A stretch of 39,308 nucleotides of DNA from Eledone cirrhosa (Eukaryota): positions 1-39,308 of the forward strand of contig CAXHJY010000833.1 of the NCBI GenBank assembly GCA_964016885.1, given 5' to 3'. Both the position numbers and the translations under genes were made by a program. The notes below the pieces were generated by a model, which made no database searches, was not told where the DNA came from, and saw only the letters and a program-made list of their open reading frames with translations. Shown here in pieces: positions 18,019-30,167 of this stretch (the first letter of the stretch is position 1; each line of letters starts with the position of its first letter).

Positions 18019-18566
18019 TCAACAGAAAACCAGGGCTCTCACAGTAATATAGTCCGAAAAAGGGAATTCTAAAACTGGCTAGTTCGCCCTCATGTGTATT
18101 TATGAAAAAGCACATGAGGAAAAAACGGGGCTAGTGACGTCAGGATGGAAGTGAATGTTTATTTACAAGAAATAGCAGTCAAATACATTCTGAAAAAAAA
18201 CTCTACAAGGAGTTCAGCAAAATAGCAATAATTATCACAGTTTTTATGAAAAAAACCGGGATTAGTCACAGATAGTTTACGCACTCTAGGAAAAGAATCC
18301 GAGTATAAATATAAATGAGACGTATAGAGATTGTTTTAGCAAGAAGCTAACGGCATTCTATAACATATATGCGACTATAACGTCAAGATGGGAAAAGTAG
18401 TTAACGAAAGATTTAGGAAAAATAACTCAAACTCATCTCAAAAGAGAATCAGGATACAAATTCATCCACAGAATTTAGTAAAATCCATGGAAAAATCTAT
18501 AGACCTTTAACTCATGATAAAACAAAGTTTGAAACACTTATCCTTCAATTTGGAATAACATCAAAT

Positions 18567-18648
18567 GCTCTGTATAGTCTTAAAATACTATTTCATGAAA
18601 ACTTTCAGTGGAGATGGTCACGGTTGGAATATCATTCATCAGCAGAGC
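18567..18648 (-). ncRNA. Type-I hammerhead ribozyme (family C, copy 2)
   Basis: Same as copy 1 with one distal stem III mismatch (TAGTA/GACTA). Confidence 0.82.
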
Positions 18649-18686
18649 TCAACAGAAAACCAGGGCTCTCACAGTAATATAGTCCG

Positions 18687-18755
<69 letters not shown>

Positions 18756-20334
18756 ATTGTAAAGAATATATTAATTAGGTATATATTTAAAATGTTTCCC
18801 AGTTTATGATTACATGATATTCTGCAATCCATCTGTATTAGAATTTTAATTTTAAGCTAATTAAAATAAAATTTTAGGTTAACTAAATTAAAATTAAATT
18901 ATAAATATATTTCTAAATTTTACATTAATTAGGTTTATAATATTAAAAAATATTTCTCTGTCATTGATTACACGCTATTTTGTACTATTTCATCTGTAAA
19001 GGAATTTTAATAAAAGGTTAAATAAACTAAAATTAATCTATAAATTAATTTACAAAGTATATATTAATTATGTTAATAATTTTTAAAAGTTTTTCACAAT
19101 TTATGATTACACAATATTTTATAATCTCAACTGTAGTAGAATTTTAATTAAATTAAATTTATAGGTTAACTAACATTTAAATTAAATTATATATTAATTT
19201 CTAAAATTATATTATTAATTAGGTTTATAATATTTAAATGTTTTTCTTAGTTTATGATTACACGATATAATTCATTCCTGTCGCTTATTTAATAGGATAT
19301 CCTTAGATTTCATTATTTCAAATAGTTCTTGGGAACATAATCTACATTCATTTCTATTATTTTGATAAGGGGTGGCTCTTTTGAGCACACTCCAGGTCAT
19401 ATCATATTCTATATTCTTATTTTTATAACTATTGATTTTTTCTGCTAGAGATGTTGTATTAGCTAGTGCGGCATTTTTAAAACTATGATTGTGGGTATTA
19501 AACCTTACCTTAAAATTGTTAGAAGTAGCTCCTATATATGAGCAAATAGAATCTTTAGTTTTAACATTACATTTATAAACTATGTTGTTAACAAGACAAT
19601 TTCCTTTTAATGGGCAGTTTGCTTTGTTTCTACAGTTACAACCTTTCGTTAATTCTGTATTTGAGGAGATATTATGGTTAGTTTGATGTATTGGTGGTAT
19701 ACTTATGGTATTCTTACATTTATATGCATTATAGGCACTTATATTTTGTTTTATGTTTTTGGTTGTTGAGTATGAGAATTTAACTGTTGACCTATTTAAG
19801 ATTTGATGGTATTTGTGGTTTGGCGGGAAGTTTTTCTCTAGGATATAAAAAAATTTATAGTGCCTATAATGCATATAAATGTAAGAATACCATAAGTATA
19901 CCACCAATACATCAAACTAACCATAATATCTCCTCAAATACAGAATTAACGAAAGGTTGTAACTGTAGAAACAAAGCAAACTGCCCATTAAAAGGAAATT
20001 GTCTTGTTAACAACATAGTTTATAAATGTAATGTTAAAACTAAAGATTCTATTTGCTCATAAATAGGAGCTACTTCTAACAATTTTAAGGTAAGGTTTAA
20101 TACCCACAAACATAGTTTTAAAAATGCCGCACTAGCTAATACAACATCTCTAGCAGAAAAAATCAATAGTTATAAAAATAAGAATATAGAATATGATATG
20201 ACCTGGAGTGTGCTCAAAAGAGCCACCCCTTATCAAAATAATAGAAATGAATGTAGATTATGTTCCCAAGAACTATTTGAAATAATGAAATCTAAGGATA
20301 TCCTATTAAATAAGCGACAGGAATGAATTATATC

Positions 20335-20842
20335 GTGTAATCATAAACTAAGAAAAACATTTAAATATTATAAACCTAATTAATAATATAATTTTAGAAA
20401 TTAATATATAATTTAATTTAAATGTTAGTTAACCTATAAATTTAATTTAATTAAAATTCTACTACAGTTGAGATTATAAAATATTGTGTAATCATAAATT
20501 GTGAAAAACTTTTAAAGATTATTAACATAATTAATATATACTTTGTAAATTAATTTATAGATTAATTTTAGTTTATTTAACCTTTTATTAAAATTCCTTT
20601 ACAGATGAAATAGTACAAAATAGCGTGTAATCAATGACAGAGAAATATTTTTTAATATTATAAACCTAATTAATGTACAATTTAGAAATATATTTATAAT
20701 TTAATTTTAATTTAGTTAACCTAAAATTTTATTTTAATTAGCTTAAAATTAAAATTCTAATACAGATGGATTGCAGAATATCATGTAATCATAAACTGGG
20801 AAAAATTTTAAATATATACCTAATTAATATATTCTTTACAAT

Positions 20843-20917
<75 letters not shown>

Positions 20918-21300
20918 TAATCTTTATTTTTTATTTTTTGTTAACCTATAATCACATTTTACTATAGATAAAATACAAAATCTGTTTTAATTATTATAAA
21001 CCTAATTAACATATACTATAGAAATTAATATATAATTTTTAATTTAGTTAACCTATAATTTATATTCTACTACCGATGAAATACTTGTTTTGGTTTTTTT
21101 CCCTATTACTAAATTCATTTCCTAATATTGATACCATAATGTTAATATTTTTAATTTAGTTATGCTATAATTAATACTCTACTACTGTTTAACTTCAAAA
21201 TTCCGCTTCAAAAATTATAAACCTAAGTAGTATATACCTTACAAATCAATATATTAACTATTTTTAATTCAGTTAACCTATAATTAATAGTCTACTTATA
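20335..21300 (+). repeat. Degenerate ~110-160-bp AT-rich tandem repeats in the family B 3'UTR
   Basis: Recurring TGTAATCA(TAAA) at ~20337, 20488, 20626, 20784, with recurring ATAAACCTAA and TTAGTTAACCTA. Mirrored in the left arm. Confidence 0.75.
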
Positions 21301-21559
21301 TTAAAATGCATAATCTTGCTTTCTTTCTTACATTTCCTAATACTGAAACTACTATGTAAACACATATTATGATCTAGATGCAATTTAATATTCTATGTTC
21401 CTTGAAACCTATATTTACTATAATCCCCCCCCCCCCCTATAATTATTTGTATTTGTAAGCGTGGATGTACGTATGTATATGTAGGTAGGTATGTATATTT
21501 GGGTGCTTGTATGTGAGTATAAAAATACATATGTGCGCATGTAAATAAGGGTGTATGAT

Positions 21560-21610
<51 letters not shown>

Positions 21611-21716
21611 ATATATGTATGTATGTGTGTGTGTGTATATATATGTATATATATATGTCTATGTGTATGTGTGTGTGTGTATAGATACGCGCATGTGTGC
21701 GTGTATATGTGAGTGA

Positions 21717-21750
<34 letters not shown>

Positions 21751-21766
21751 TTGTAGTTGATGAGTG

Positions 21767-21807
<41 letters not shown>

Positions 21808-21887
21808 GTGCATAATTGTCTGACCGTGTGTATGTATTTATTTATTTATTTATTTATTTAGTTTATATATATGTATATGAGTATATG

Positions 21888-21940
<53 letters not shown>

Positions 21941-22200
21941 ATATATATGTGTGTGTATATATATGTATGTATATGTGTGTGTGTGTGTGTGTATATATAT
22001 TTATGTGTGTGTATATATATATCTCTCTCTCTATATATATATATATATGTATATGTGTGTATGTATATCTCTTTATTTATGTATGTCTGAGTTGTGTGAG
22101 CGTGTAGTTGTATGTGTATATGCATACATGGATGTGTGTGTGTGTGTATATATGCGTATATGTATGTGTATGTGTGTATATGTATGTGTATGTATGTATG

Positions 22201-22241
<41 letters not shown>

Positions 22242-22444
22242 GTGTGTGTCTATATGTGTGTGTGTATGTGTGTGTGTATATATATGTATATATGGGTATG
22301 TATGTGTATATGTGTGTGTACATGTGTGTGTGTATATATATGTATATATATATATATATATATGTGTGTATGTATATGTGTCTATGTATTTATATGTGTA
22401 TATGTATGTGTCTCTATATATATGTGTGTGTGTATATATGTATA

Positions 22445-22489
<45 letters not shown>

Positions 22490-23133
22490 ATGTGTATGTA
22501 TATATATGTATATATATCGATGTGTATTTTATATTTTACTTGTTTATATATATATATTTTTTTAATATTCTTCTTTTTATTTCTAAATTTATAGATACAT
22601 TTTTAAATAGGCAGTTTGTCTGACACACGTAAATACTGACCCCCCCCACCTACTTTCTGTATCTGGACCTAAATATATGTGGCAGTGTTTATGTGCGTGC
22701 CTTAATGTCCATATGCTTATGATAATAATATATACACATATATGTGTGGGTGTGTGTGTGGGTGTGTGTGTGTGTGTGTGTATGTTCGTAGTTATGTGTA
22801 TGTTTATGCGTATATGCGCGCGTGTGTGTGAATGTATGTTTATGTGTGTATATATGAATGTATATATGTTTATATACGTATATGTATTTTATCTGTAGAT
22901 TATAAACATACAGAGACATTAGCCCTGAATATTTGTATTTACATACATTTTTTCGACATGCGTATGCATGTGACATATATTTTTATGCATATATGTGAAC
23001 GAAGTTACTTACATATATACACACACCTAACTGTATTTTCTGGACATATTTCTGTGTATTTCATTGGTTAATTTGAACTCTGTTCCCAAACAGACATGTA
23101 ATTTTGAATTGTTGTTATTATCAATAAATATAT

Positions 23134-23286
23134 TTCATTATTTCTGAAGACGGCATATATATGTGTTGGTATGTATATTAAATTTGATGGTTTGTATAAT
23201 TTTGTATAATTTTGTACATAGATCTGTTGAATATGCATGCCAATTCTAACACATATATATCCCAGAAACGATCGTTAAATAATGAA
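23134..23286 (+). ncRNA. Type-I hammerhead with ~114-nt stem II (family B, right arm)
   Basis: TTCATTATTT CTGAAGA [..ATATATATGTGTT GGTATGTATATT...AATATGCATGCC aattct AACACATATATAT..] GAAA C GATC G TT AAATAATGAA. Perfect 10-bp stem I and palindromic AACGATCGTT. Confidence 0.7.
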
Positions 23287-23347
23287 CTTTTTTTGTTTAA
23301 TATAAGGAACTGTTTCATTGTTTTATTCATTATTTTTTTAATATTTC

Positions 23348-23442
<95 letters not shown>

Positions 23443-23444
23443 TT

Positions 23445-23494
<50 letters not shown>

Positions 23495-23938
23495 TATAAA
23501 AATATATATATATATAAATATATATATGTGTGTGTGTGTGTGCGTGTGTGTTTCTGTGCTTTGTGCAATTGTAGTCATAGTAGTCGTAGTCGTAGTATTA
23601 CTCCTATTACTAGTAGTAACATTGAAGCTATGTGATACAATAACTGGTCCAGTACCTGTCTTACAAACGTGACACTTCAAAGAAAAATAGCAGCTAATTC
23701 TAAATATAACACAGAGAGTATATCAAATATTTTCTAATGTAAATGATGAATCATGTTGAGACTGTCCTATTAGTTGCTCAAATCCATATTTCTTTCTAGA
23801 ACTGAAGATAATCGATAATATTTGACCGAAATGCAGTTCAAAACCTTCTCTGTTTTAACAACTAAAATATGCAGTCTTGTATGGCAGCTGCCTCGGGATA
23901 AAAAGCATCTGCATAGATTAGTTCAAATATTGAACGTT

Positions 23939-24069
<131 letters not shown>

Positions 24070-24188
24070 CATATATATATATATAATGTGTTTTTTTCTA
24101 TTTCCGCAGGACAAAAGCTATTCAGTAAGTTCACATTAACAGGATTCTTCATATTGTATCTCGTCTACATTAGCTTTCTCTTTTAATG

Positions 24189-24329
24189 TTGTATCTATTC
24201 TTGTTGCATTCACAGCTGGAGCATTTAGAATCTAGTGAAGCAGTCAGCAGCATAACGTTTGTATCTATTCTTGTTGCATTCACAGCTGGAGCATTTAGAA
24301 TCTAGTGAAGCAGTCAGCAGCATAACGTT
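24189..24329. repeat. Perfect 70-bp tandem duplication
   Basis: TTGTATCTATTCTTG...GCATAACGT occurs twice. Confidence 0.9.
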
Positions 24330-25449
24330 GCGAAGCATGTCATACTATAAAACGTGGCAATATAACAAAACCAATTTCCTCATCAAACATTTAACAAACT
24401 CCATATGGAATTTTTCATCAACAGGGCTTTCATTCCAAACATGAAATCTCTATATATTACACGAGAAATAGCTCCTTTCGTTTCATAAGAAACCCATGTT
24501 ACTGGTTTCTCTATTCAAGTGTTATTCTCATATGTTACTTTGCATCAATATTTCATTTTAATGCTGACTTGAATATTGTACTTAACCTATTTGCAAGTAA
24601 TGTCACCTCGCCTTGCAATTTTATTTTTTATCTATCTTTATTCCTCCTTAATAACAAGCTTATAAAATCGTTATAGAAAGTTACTTTATATCATAATTAC
24701 TTTAGTTTGAATCGATTAATACTTTAACTACCGTGTAAAACCCTGAGGATTTGCAATATACGAAAGAAAACAAATCGTATGCTTACTTTCTAATACTTTC
24801 ATTTACAACATAAAAACAAACGAACAAAAAAAAGCGGTCAATGAAATAATTAGAAGATATATATTGCGCAGATTCTTTGCACATCACTAAACAGCAACAT
24901 TTGGCAAGCGATCAATTATTTGAAGCAGAGCACTATTATGTTCTTAATGACAGCTGTATTTATCAAACTTACGATAGATAGAATATTGATGCGTACTCAA
25001 CAACAACGAAGTTAATGCTTGGTTTTCTTTTGTCAGTGTTAGATTTTACAATCACTTAACCGAAACGTCTTCACACGTTCTAAGTTATTATGGCGCACTG
25101 GTTTTTATCATAAAAGGAAACGAAAAGTTGAAATGTCTCTCACAATCTATAAATGAACGAAAGTTTGAATTATGCGTTTAAAAAATATTGGGTAATTATT
25201 ATATTATTTTTTTATTTTTTTAAAATTGATATTGCTTTGCAGAATTTGAATTGTTTCAAATAAGGTATTTAGAATTTCAAAAAAATACACTTCGCACAAA
25301 TACTAACTATAATAAATTATATTTGTCAACATAATTGGAGGTTACAATAAATATGTAATTTCTAAGTTGGTACACTAAAGTATTGCCACATCAGATCTGA
25401 AGGCAGTTTACCGCTGTGAATATATAATGTGGGAATCTAAATTCTACAA

Positions 25450-25496
<47 letters not shown>

Positions 25497-25812
25497 GATG
25501 TAAACAGAAATTTTATTCAAATTAAACTCACAAAGTTGGCTTAGAAACTATTGATAATTACATAGATATGAAAAAGAAAGATGAAAACAAAATTAAGTAA
25601 TGAGATAAAAAAGAGAAGGTTTAAGGTTTAGTTGTATGGGAAAATAGAGGAAATGTCATAATTGAGAGCAAAAAAGCAGGAAAAAGCAAGGACTCTAGTA
25701 CCACAGAAGAAAGTGATGGGCTCTGGGCTCAGGGTGGAGGGTGTTTGGGCTGCAGCCGGTGGACAAAGCTGCTAAGACAAATATCTACAAAATATATAAT
25801 TAACTGATTCAA

Positions 25813-25960
25813 CTTTAGGCACAAGGCCAGCAATTGGTACTTTAGTTTATCGACCCCGTAAGGATGAAATGTAAAGCTAACCTCGGCGGGATTTGAAGTC
25901 AGAACGTAAATGGTCATAACTCTATGCTGCAAAGAATGGTGTCTGACGCTCTACTGATAC
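25813..25960 (-). mobile_element. tRNA-derived SINE family S1 (decayed)
   Basis: AGGCACAAGGCCAGCAATT..TTTATCGACCCCGTAAGGATGAAA..CCTCGGCGGGATTTGAA, shared with six other copies. Confidence 0.85.
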
Positions 25961-25972
25961 AAAATATACAAA

Positions 25973-26153
25973 TAATTGTTTATTTTTGGCACAAGGCCAG
26001 CAATTATCCCAGTGTATTACTGGTACTTTATTTTATCGACCCCGTAAGGATGAAAGCAAAGTCAACCTCGGCGGGATTTGAACTCAGATAGTAAAGGGAC
26101 GTAACTCTATGCTGCAAAGTATGGCATCCGCCCTCTACTGGTACATCCAATCC
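25973..26153 (-). mobile_element. SINE S1
   Basis: Same family, tandem with the previous copy. Confidence 0.88.
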
Positions 26154-26321
26154 ATATAGAAATAATCTATAACGTTTAGGGAAGGCCTCAAATCTATAGG
26201 AAGGCGGTCATTAGATAAAGTAGATTCGAATTATTGCTCGAACTTGTTTTCGGGACCCTGTAGTCGTAATGTTTATCAATCCCTATTGGCCTCCCTACAT
26301 ATTAGTTAATAAATATATATT

Positions 26322-26396
26322 GGTCGTCAACTATGAAATTTGTAGAAATCTTTAAAAAAAAAAAACAAATTTCTACAAATTTCATAACTGACGACC
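26322..26396. repeat. 28-bp inverted repeat (hairpin)
   Basis: GGTCGTCAACTATGAAATTTGTAGAAAT ... ATTTCTACAAATTTCATAACTGACGACC (26/28 match). Confidence 0.85.
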
Positions 26397-26764
26397 CCAA
26401 AAATATCAAACATAAGAAAATTGAATTAGAAAAAAAAAAATGAAAAACGTATTAATGAATATATAAAATACAAATACACAAACATAGTTGTTTAAAGTTG
26501 TATACATATGTTAATAAATATATAAATATCAGTAATGTGGAAATTTAGAAATAAATTGTACACATATATGTGAAGGTATTTCGTGTGTAATTTCTATATT
26601 ATAGATATATTGAAAAGCTGATTAAAATATTGGCAGTGTCAAGAATAGACGTATACTGTATTATAGCCCACATCATACCAAATTACTCAATAGTTGTTTA
26701 CTTTAGAATATATATATTGTAGCTGATCAATTGAGAAATCAATTTCAGTTGAAGCAAGCAAGCG

Positions 26765-26844
26765 TTGATGACGATGTTGATTAGTAGGACGATGATGATG
26801 ATAATGGTGGTGGTGGTGTTTGTAACAATGATACTAACAATAAC

Positions 26845-26881
<37 letters not shown>

Positions 26882-26980
26882 GTAATAACAACAACAATGC
26901 TGAAGAAGAAAAAGAAAAAGAAAAAGAAAAAGAAAAAAGAAGAAGAAGAAGGAGAAGGAGAAGGAGAAGAAGAAGAAGAC
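26765..26980. repeat. Compound trinucleotide microsatellite (GAT/GGT/AAT/AAC/GAA)
   Basis: Direct inspection. Confidence 0.9.
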
Positions 26981-27603
26981 ATCATTCTAATTAAATACGT
27001 TAATGGACAAACACATTCATTGCAATCAGCTTATTTAAATATTAGAGAAATCTGCAAATTCTAAATTTAGTTATATATATTATATTTGGAAGGTACTCAC
27101 GCGAGCCAATCAAAGACAGAACGAATAGGTCAGCAGAAAGTATAACTTTAGATTTGAGTTTGAGAATTGTTGAGAGTGTTTAAACGAAGGACAGTTAAAT
27201 ATATTATAAAGATACCATTAAGAAATTAACATTCTTCTAAGTTCTTTCCAACTGAGAATATTATCAAGTCCCGTCATAACTATTCTATATTTCATTTCAT
27301 AACCAAATATATTTAGCTATAAATACACAGGTTAATATATAATAGAATAAATGGAAAAAGAAAAGAATTTATCCTCATTTATATGTTTACTAAATTTGCT
27401 GAAAACCAGAGAAAATAATTACATATATAATTGAATAAAATATACAATTATGTAGTTATTATTCGGTTGCAATCAAATAATTACCTAGTTTCATCAATGG
27501 AAAGAAAGCAATACGTTGTCTTTTAATTGAACACGCACGTACTACATATGCGTAAACCCAAATATCACAACTCTGTTATCAGTTTCATTATTTAATTACT
27601 GTT

Positions 27604-27775
27604 ATGGAAAAGGTCTGGGTATGTTGTGGATGTACAACTTGTCGGAGAGAATGTCTGGTGTATCAACATTCTGAAATAAATTAACATTTTGATTAGGGTG
27701 ATGGAAAAGGTCAGTATGTCGTAGATGTACTAAATGTCGGAGAGAACGTCTGGTATTACATATTCCGAGATAAAT
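27604..27775. repeat. Diverged 97-bp-period tandem duplication
   Basis: ATGGAAAAGGTC...TGTCGGAGAGAA.GTCTGGT...ATAAAT at 27604 and 27701. Confidence 0.8.
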
Positions 27776-27829
27776 ATAGCATTAAAAAAAACAAATCTAT
27801 GTTTTCTCAAGTCCCAAACAAAACGCGAA

Positions 27830-27990
27830 TCCACACAGTATAAGGGAATACGAAAAAGGAGGAATTAAGACGAAATGAATGAATATATTTTAGACTTGAA
27901 AGGATTAAGTTAATAAAAATGAAAACATTGAGATGGAAGAGAGTTCCAAAGTCTGTCAGTTCAAGCAAAAGAGGCTACGACCTTAGAAAG
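27830..27990 (-). mobile_element. Decayed LINE ORF2 C-terminal fragment (CR1/L2/Jockey-like)
   Basis: Reverse complement encodes TDRLWNSLPSQCF...NLxxFKSKI-like motif. Confidence 0.55.
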
Positions 27991-28152
27991 ACTTCATTCG
28001 TTTTAAAGACTTAAATTGATTTCTGTCCATTTATTTGACTGTACATGATATTAGATTATACCTGAAGATTCATAATGAATGAAAAGAAATCTTCGACAGA
28101 TTTCCCTTAAAAAATAATTTAAGGTTTCATTATTAGGTATATATCTGTAAAT

Positions 28153-28402
28153 TAAAGATGGAAAACTAGGAGAGGGCACTTGCCTTGGTGGTCAGGGTCA
28201 TTGTGGCTTTTTACTGGGCTTTCTCCACAAATGTCCCTCCGAAGTCTCCCCCGTATTGGGGAATTTTTCATTGTTATTTTTTGTTACACCCTCTGTTTTT
28301 TGTTTTTTTTACACGCAGAAATGCCCATTTGTACCGTCCTGTATTGTTCTGCACTGTCCTTAATGTCTACTTTATGTAAACCCTTGTGGTTAATAAAGAA
28401 AT
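28153..28402 (+). mobile_element. Possible Tx1/L1 3'UTR remnant
   Basis: Layout resembles the 3'UTR at 13405-13660 and ends CCCTTGTGGTTAATAAAGAAA. Confidence 0.4.
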
Positions 28403-28411
28403 CATTATTGA

Positions 28412-28594
28412 ATGAATTGGCAGTATCGGTAGGGAGTCGGACGCCTTGCTTTCCAGCATAGTTACCTCCCTTTACGGTCTGAGTTCAAATCCCGTCGAGT
28501 TTAACTTTGCCTTTCATCCTTCCGGGGTCGATAAAATAAAGTACCAGTAATGCACTGGGTATTTGCTGGCCTTGTGCCAAAAGTAGAAACAATT
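28412..28594 (+). mobile_element. SINE S1
   Basis: A-box-like TGGCAGTATCGG, B-box GAGTTCAAATCC, then GCCTTTCATCCTTCCGGGGTCGATAAAATAAAGTACCAG (resembles the Deu/Nin SINE domain, from memory). Confidence 0.88.
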
Positions 28595-28734
28595 ATTGAA
28601 ATATATGTGATTAATTATCAGTAACATGACATTTGTGAAGATAATGACGTAACACACAAAAAGCATATTAACTATACTTGTAGTTCTAAACAGATTATGG
28701 ATCACAATAATTTTTCTAACAAATAATCGCTTGG

Positions 28735-29135
28735 TGTTAATGTCATTTATGCATCGCTTCCATTGTTTATACATCAGTTCAAATCTATTCTTCACGTGAA
28801 ACAACGTACACCGCAATGGATGAAAATTCCAGTTATGCATCGTTTCTTTTTGTTTTAACATCTGGGTCAAAGCTCCTATCTATATGACCCACAGTTGATG
28901 TTAATGCCTGTTATGCATAGCTTTCATCTGGTCAAAGCACTTTTCCAGGTGAACCAGTTAATATCACTTGCTGATAATGCCAGTTATTCATAGCTTTCAT
29001 TGTCTTTACATCTGGTCAAAACTATTTTCCACTTGAACCACAGTTGACATATTTTGCTGTTAATGTCATCTATCCATCGCTTTCATTATTTTTACATCTG
29101 GTGAAAGCTCTTATACACATGAGCCACACAGTCCA
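28735..29135. repeat. Degenerate minisatellite, ~5 units of 73-86 bp
   Basis: AT(G/T/C)CAT(C/A)G at 28749, 28835, 28913, 28986, 29072, mostly followed by CATCTGGT(C/G)AAA-like sequence. Confidence 0.75.
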
Positions 29136-29811
29136 TCTCACTTCAATTAGTTGCTCTCGTGGACTGTTTATAAATGATCTTTGATAATTATTATGTCCGG
29201 TACATTACTTCCCTAGGAGGCGATAATTAATTTAATCTCTATACGATAATATACGATGATATATATATATATAGTAATAATAATAAATTTGAAGACTAAA
29301 ATCCAAAGTAGGCTCGATAAGGATAAATATATATCAAATATATAAGAACCGTAGAGCAAATATTTATTAAAATAACAGATTAAAGTTTAAGCAAAGAATC
29401 GCTGCTTTCACCCTTAACGGGATCTTCTGAAACTAACAAAGTCAATCTGTGAACGCAGAAGTGAATATATCAAAAATCGTTGCAACCGGAGGAAGACAGG
29501 AAGACGATACTTTGGTTCGTGGAAACGTTCCCTGGCAAATAACGGGAAAAAATGAATATAATACTTCATTATTTGGAGCGGTGAAAAACAATTACACGCA
29601 AAGACAGAACCACGTTTATGGTATAAAAGAAGTCGTAGACTAATATTATCGTAGGTGGTTCATAGAGACGTTGGAACAAGGAACCAAATAAATATATATA
29701 TATTTTTTTAAATAAGACTCCAGTTGCATTTTCGTTTTCATCTTTTTTTCTTTATACTTTCACTCGTGTAGGACACCTCGGTAATTTTTCATTTTGTAAA
29801 AGAAACCTCAC

Positions 29812-29876
<65 letters not shown>

Positions 29877-29943
29877 TAGTTATATTTGGGGCTGGTCATG
29901 TTGCCAATATTGCCAATAGAAAAGGAAACACAAGCATCATATT

Positions 29944-29997
<54 letters not shown>

Positions 29998-30167
29998 GGG
30001 ATAACAGGTTATCGTTATGCCAGTCCACTTAGATGTAGTCCAGTTGGAGTACTCCGTGTAGTGGATAGTATTAACGTGTGGCTTAGTTTGACTCAACAAG
30101 ACGTTTCCATAGTGATGCTGCTAGTTCGCGGTGATTTTTATGTAGTTTATACTTGGAGTAATAATAG

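Larger units (their letters stand above)
17681..18689 (-). mobile_element. Non-coding retrozyme-like element: two 379-bp direct repeats flanking 251 bp
   Basis: 17681-18059 matches 18311-18689 (offset 630), each with an HHR. Lies in a (TA)n tract and is absent from the matching position in the right arm (~20846-20920). Confidence 0.8.
15055..19856 (-). mobile_element. 5'-truncated PLE family B, left arm (GIY-YIG + long microsatellite-rich 3'UTR)
   Basis: Minus ORF to 19272: ILEKNFPPNHKYHQILNRSTVKFSYSTT..GCNCRNKANCPLKGNCLVNNIVY..YIGAT..FKVRF..CRLC..LLNKRQE, clearly homologous to the family A C-terminus. Confidence 0.9.
19859..23346 (+). mobile_element. 5'-truncated PLE family B, right arm
   Basis: Reverse complement of ~15191-19739 minus the retrozyme insert. 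The GIY-YIG frame has TAT>TAA at 20060. Confidence 0.9.

Noticed and set aside
23795-23840. CTGAAGA...CGAAA motif
   Set aside because: No convincing stems or UH site.
26698-27064. Poly-I/K/E ORFs
   Set aside because: Trinucleotide microsatellite artefact.
28051-28100. Hammerhead-like CTGAAGA..GAAA..TC
   Set aside because: Stem I does not pair.
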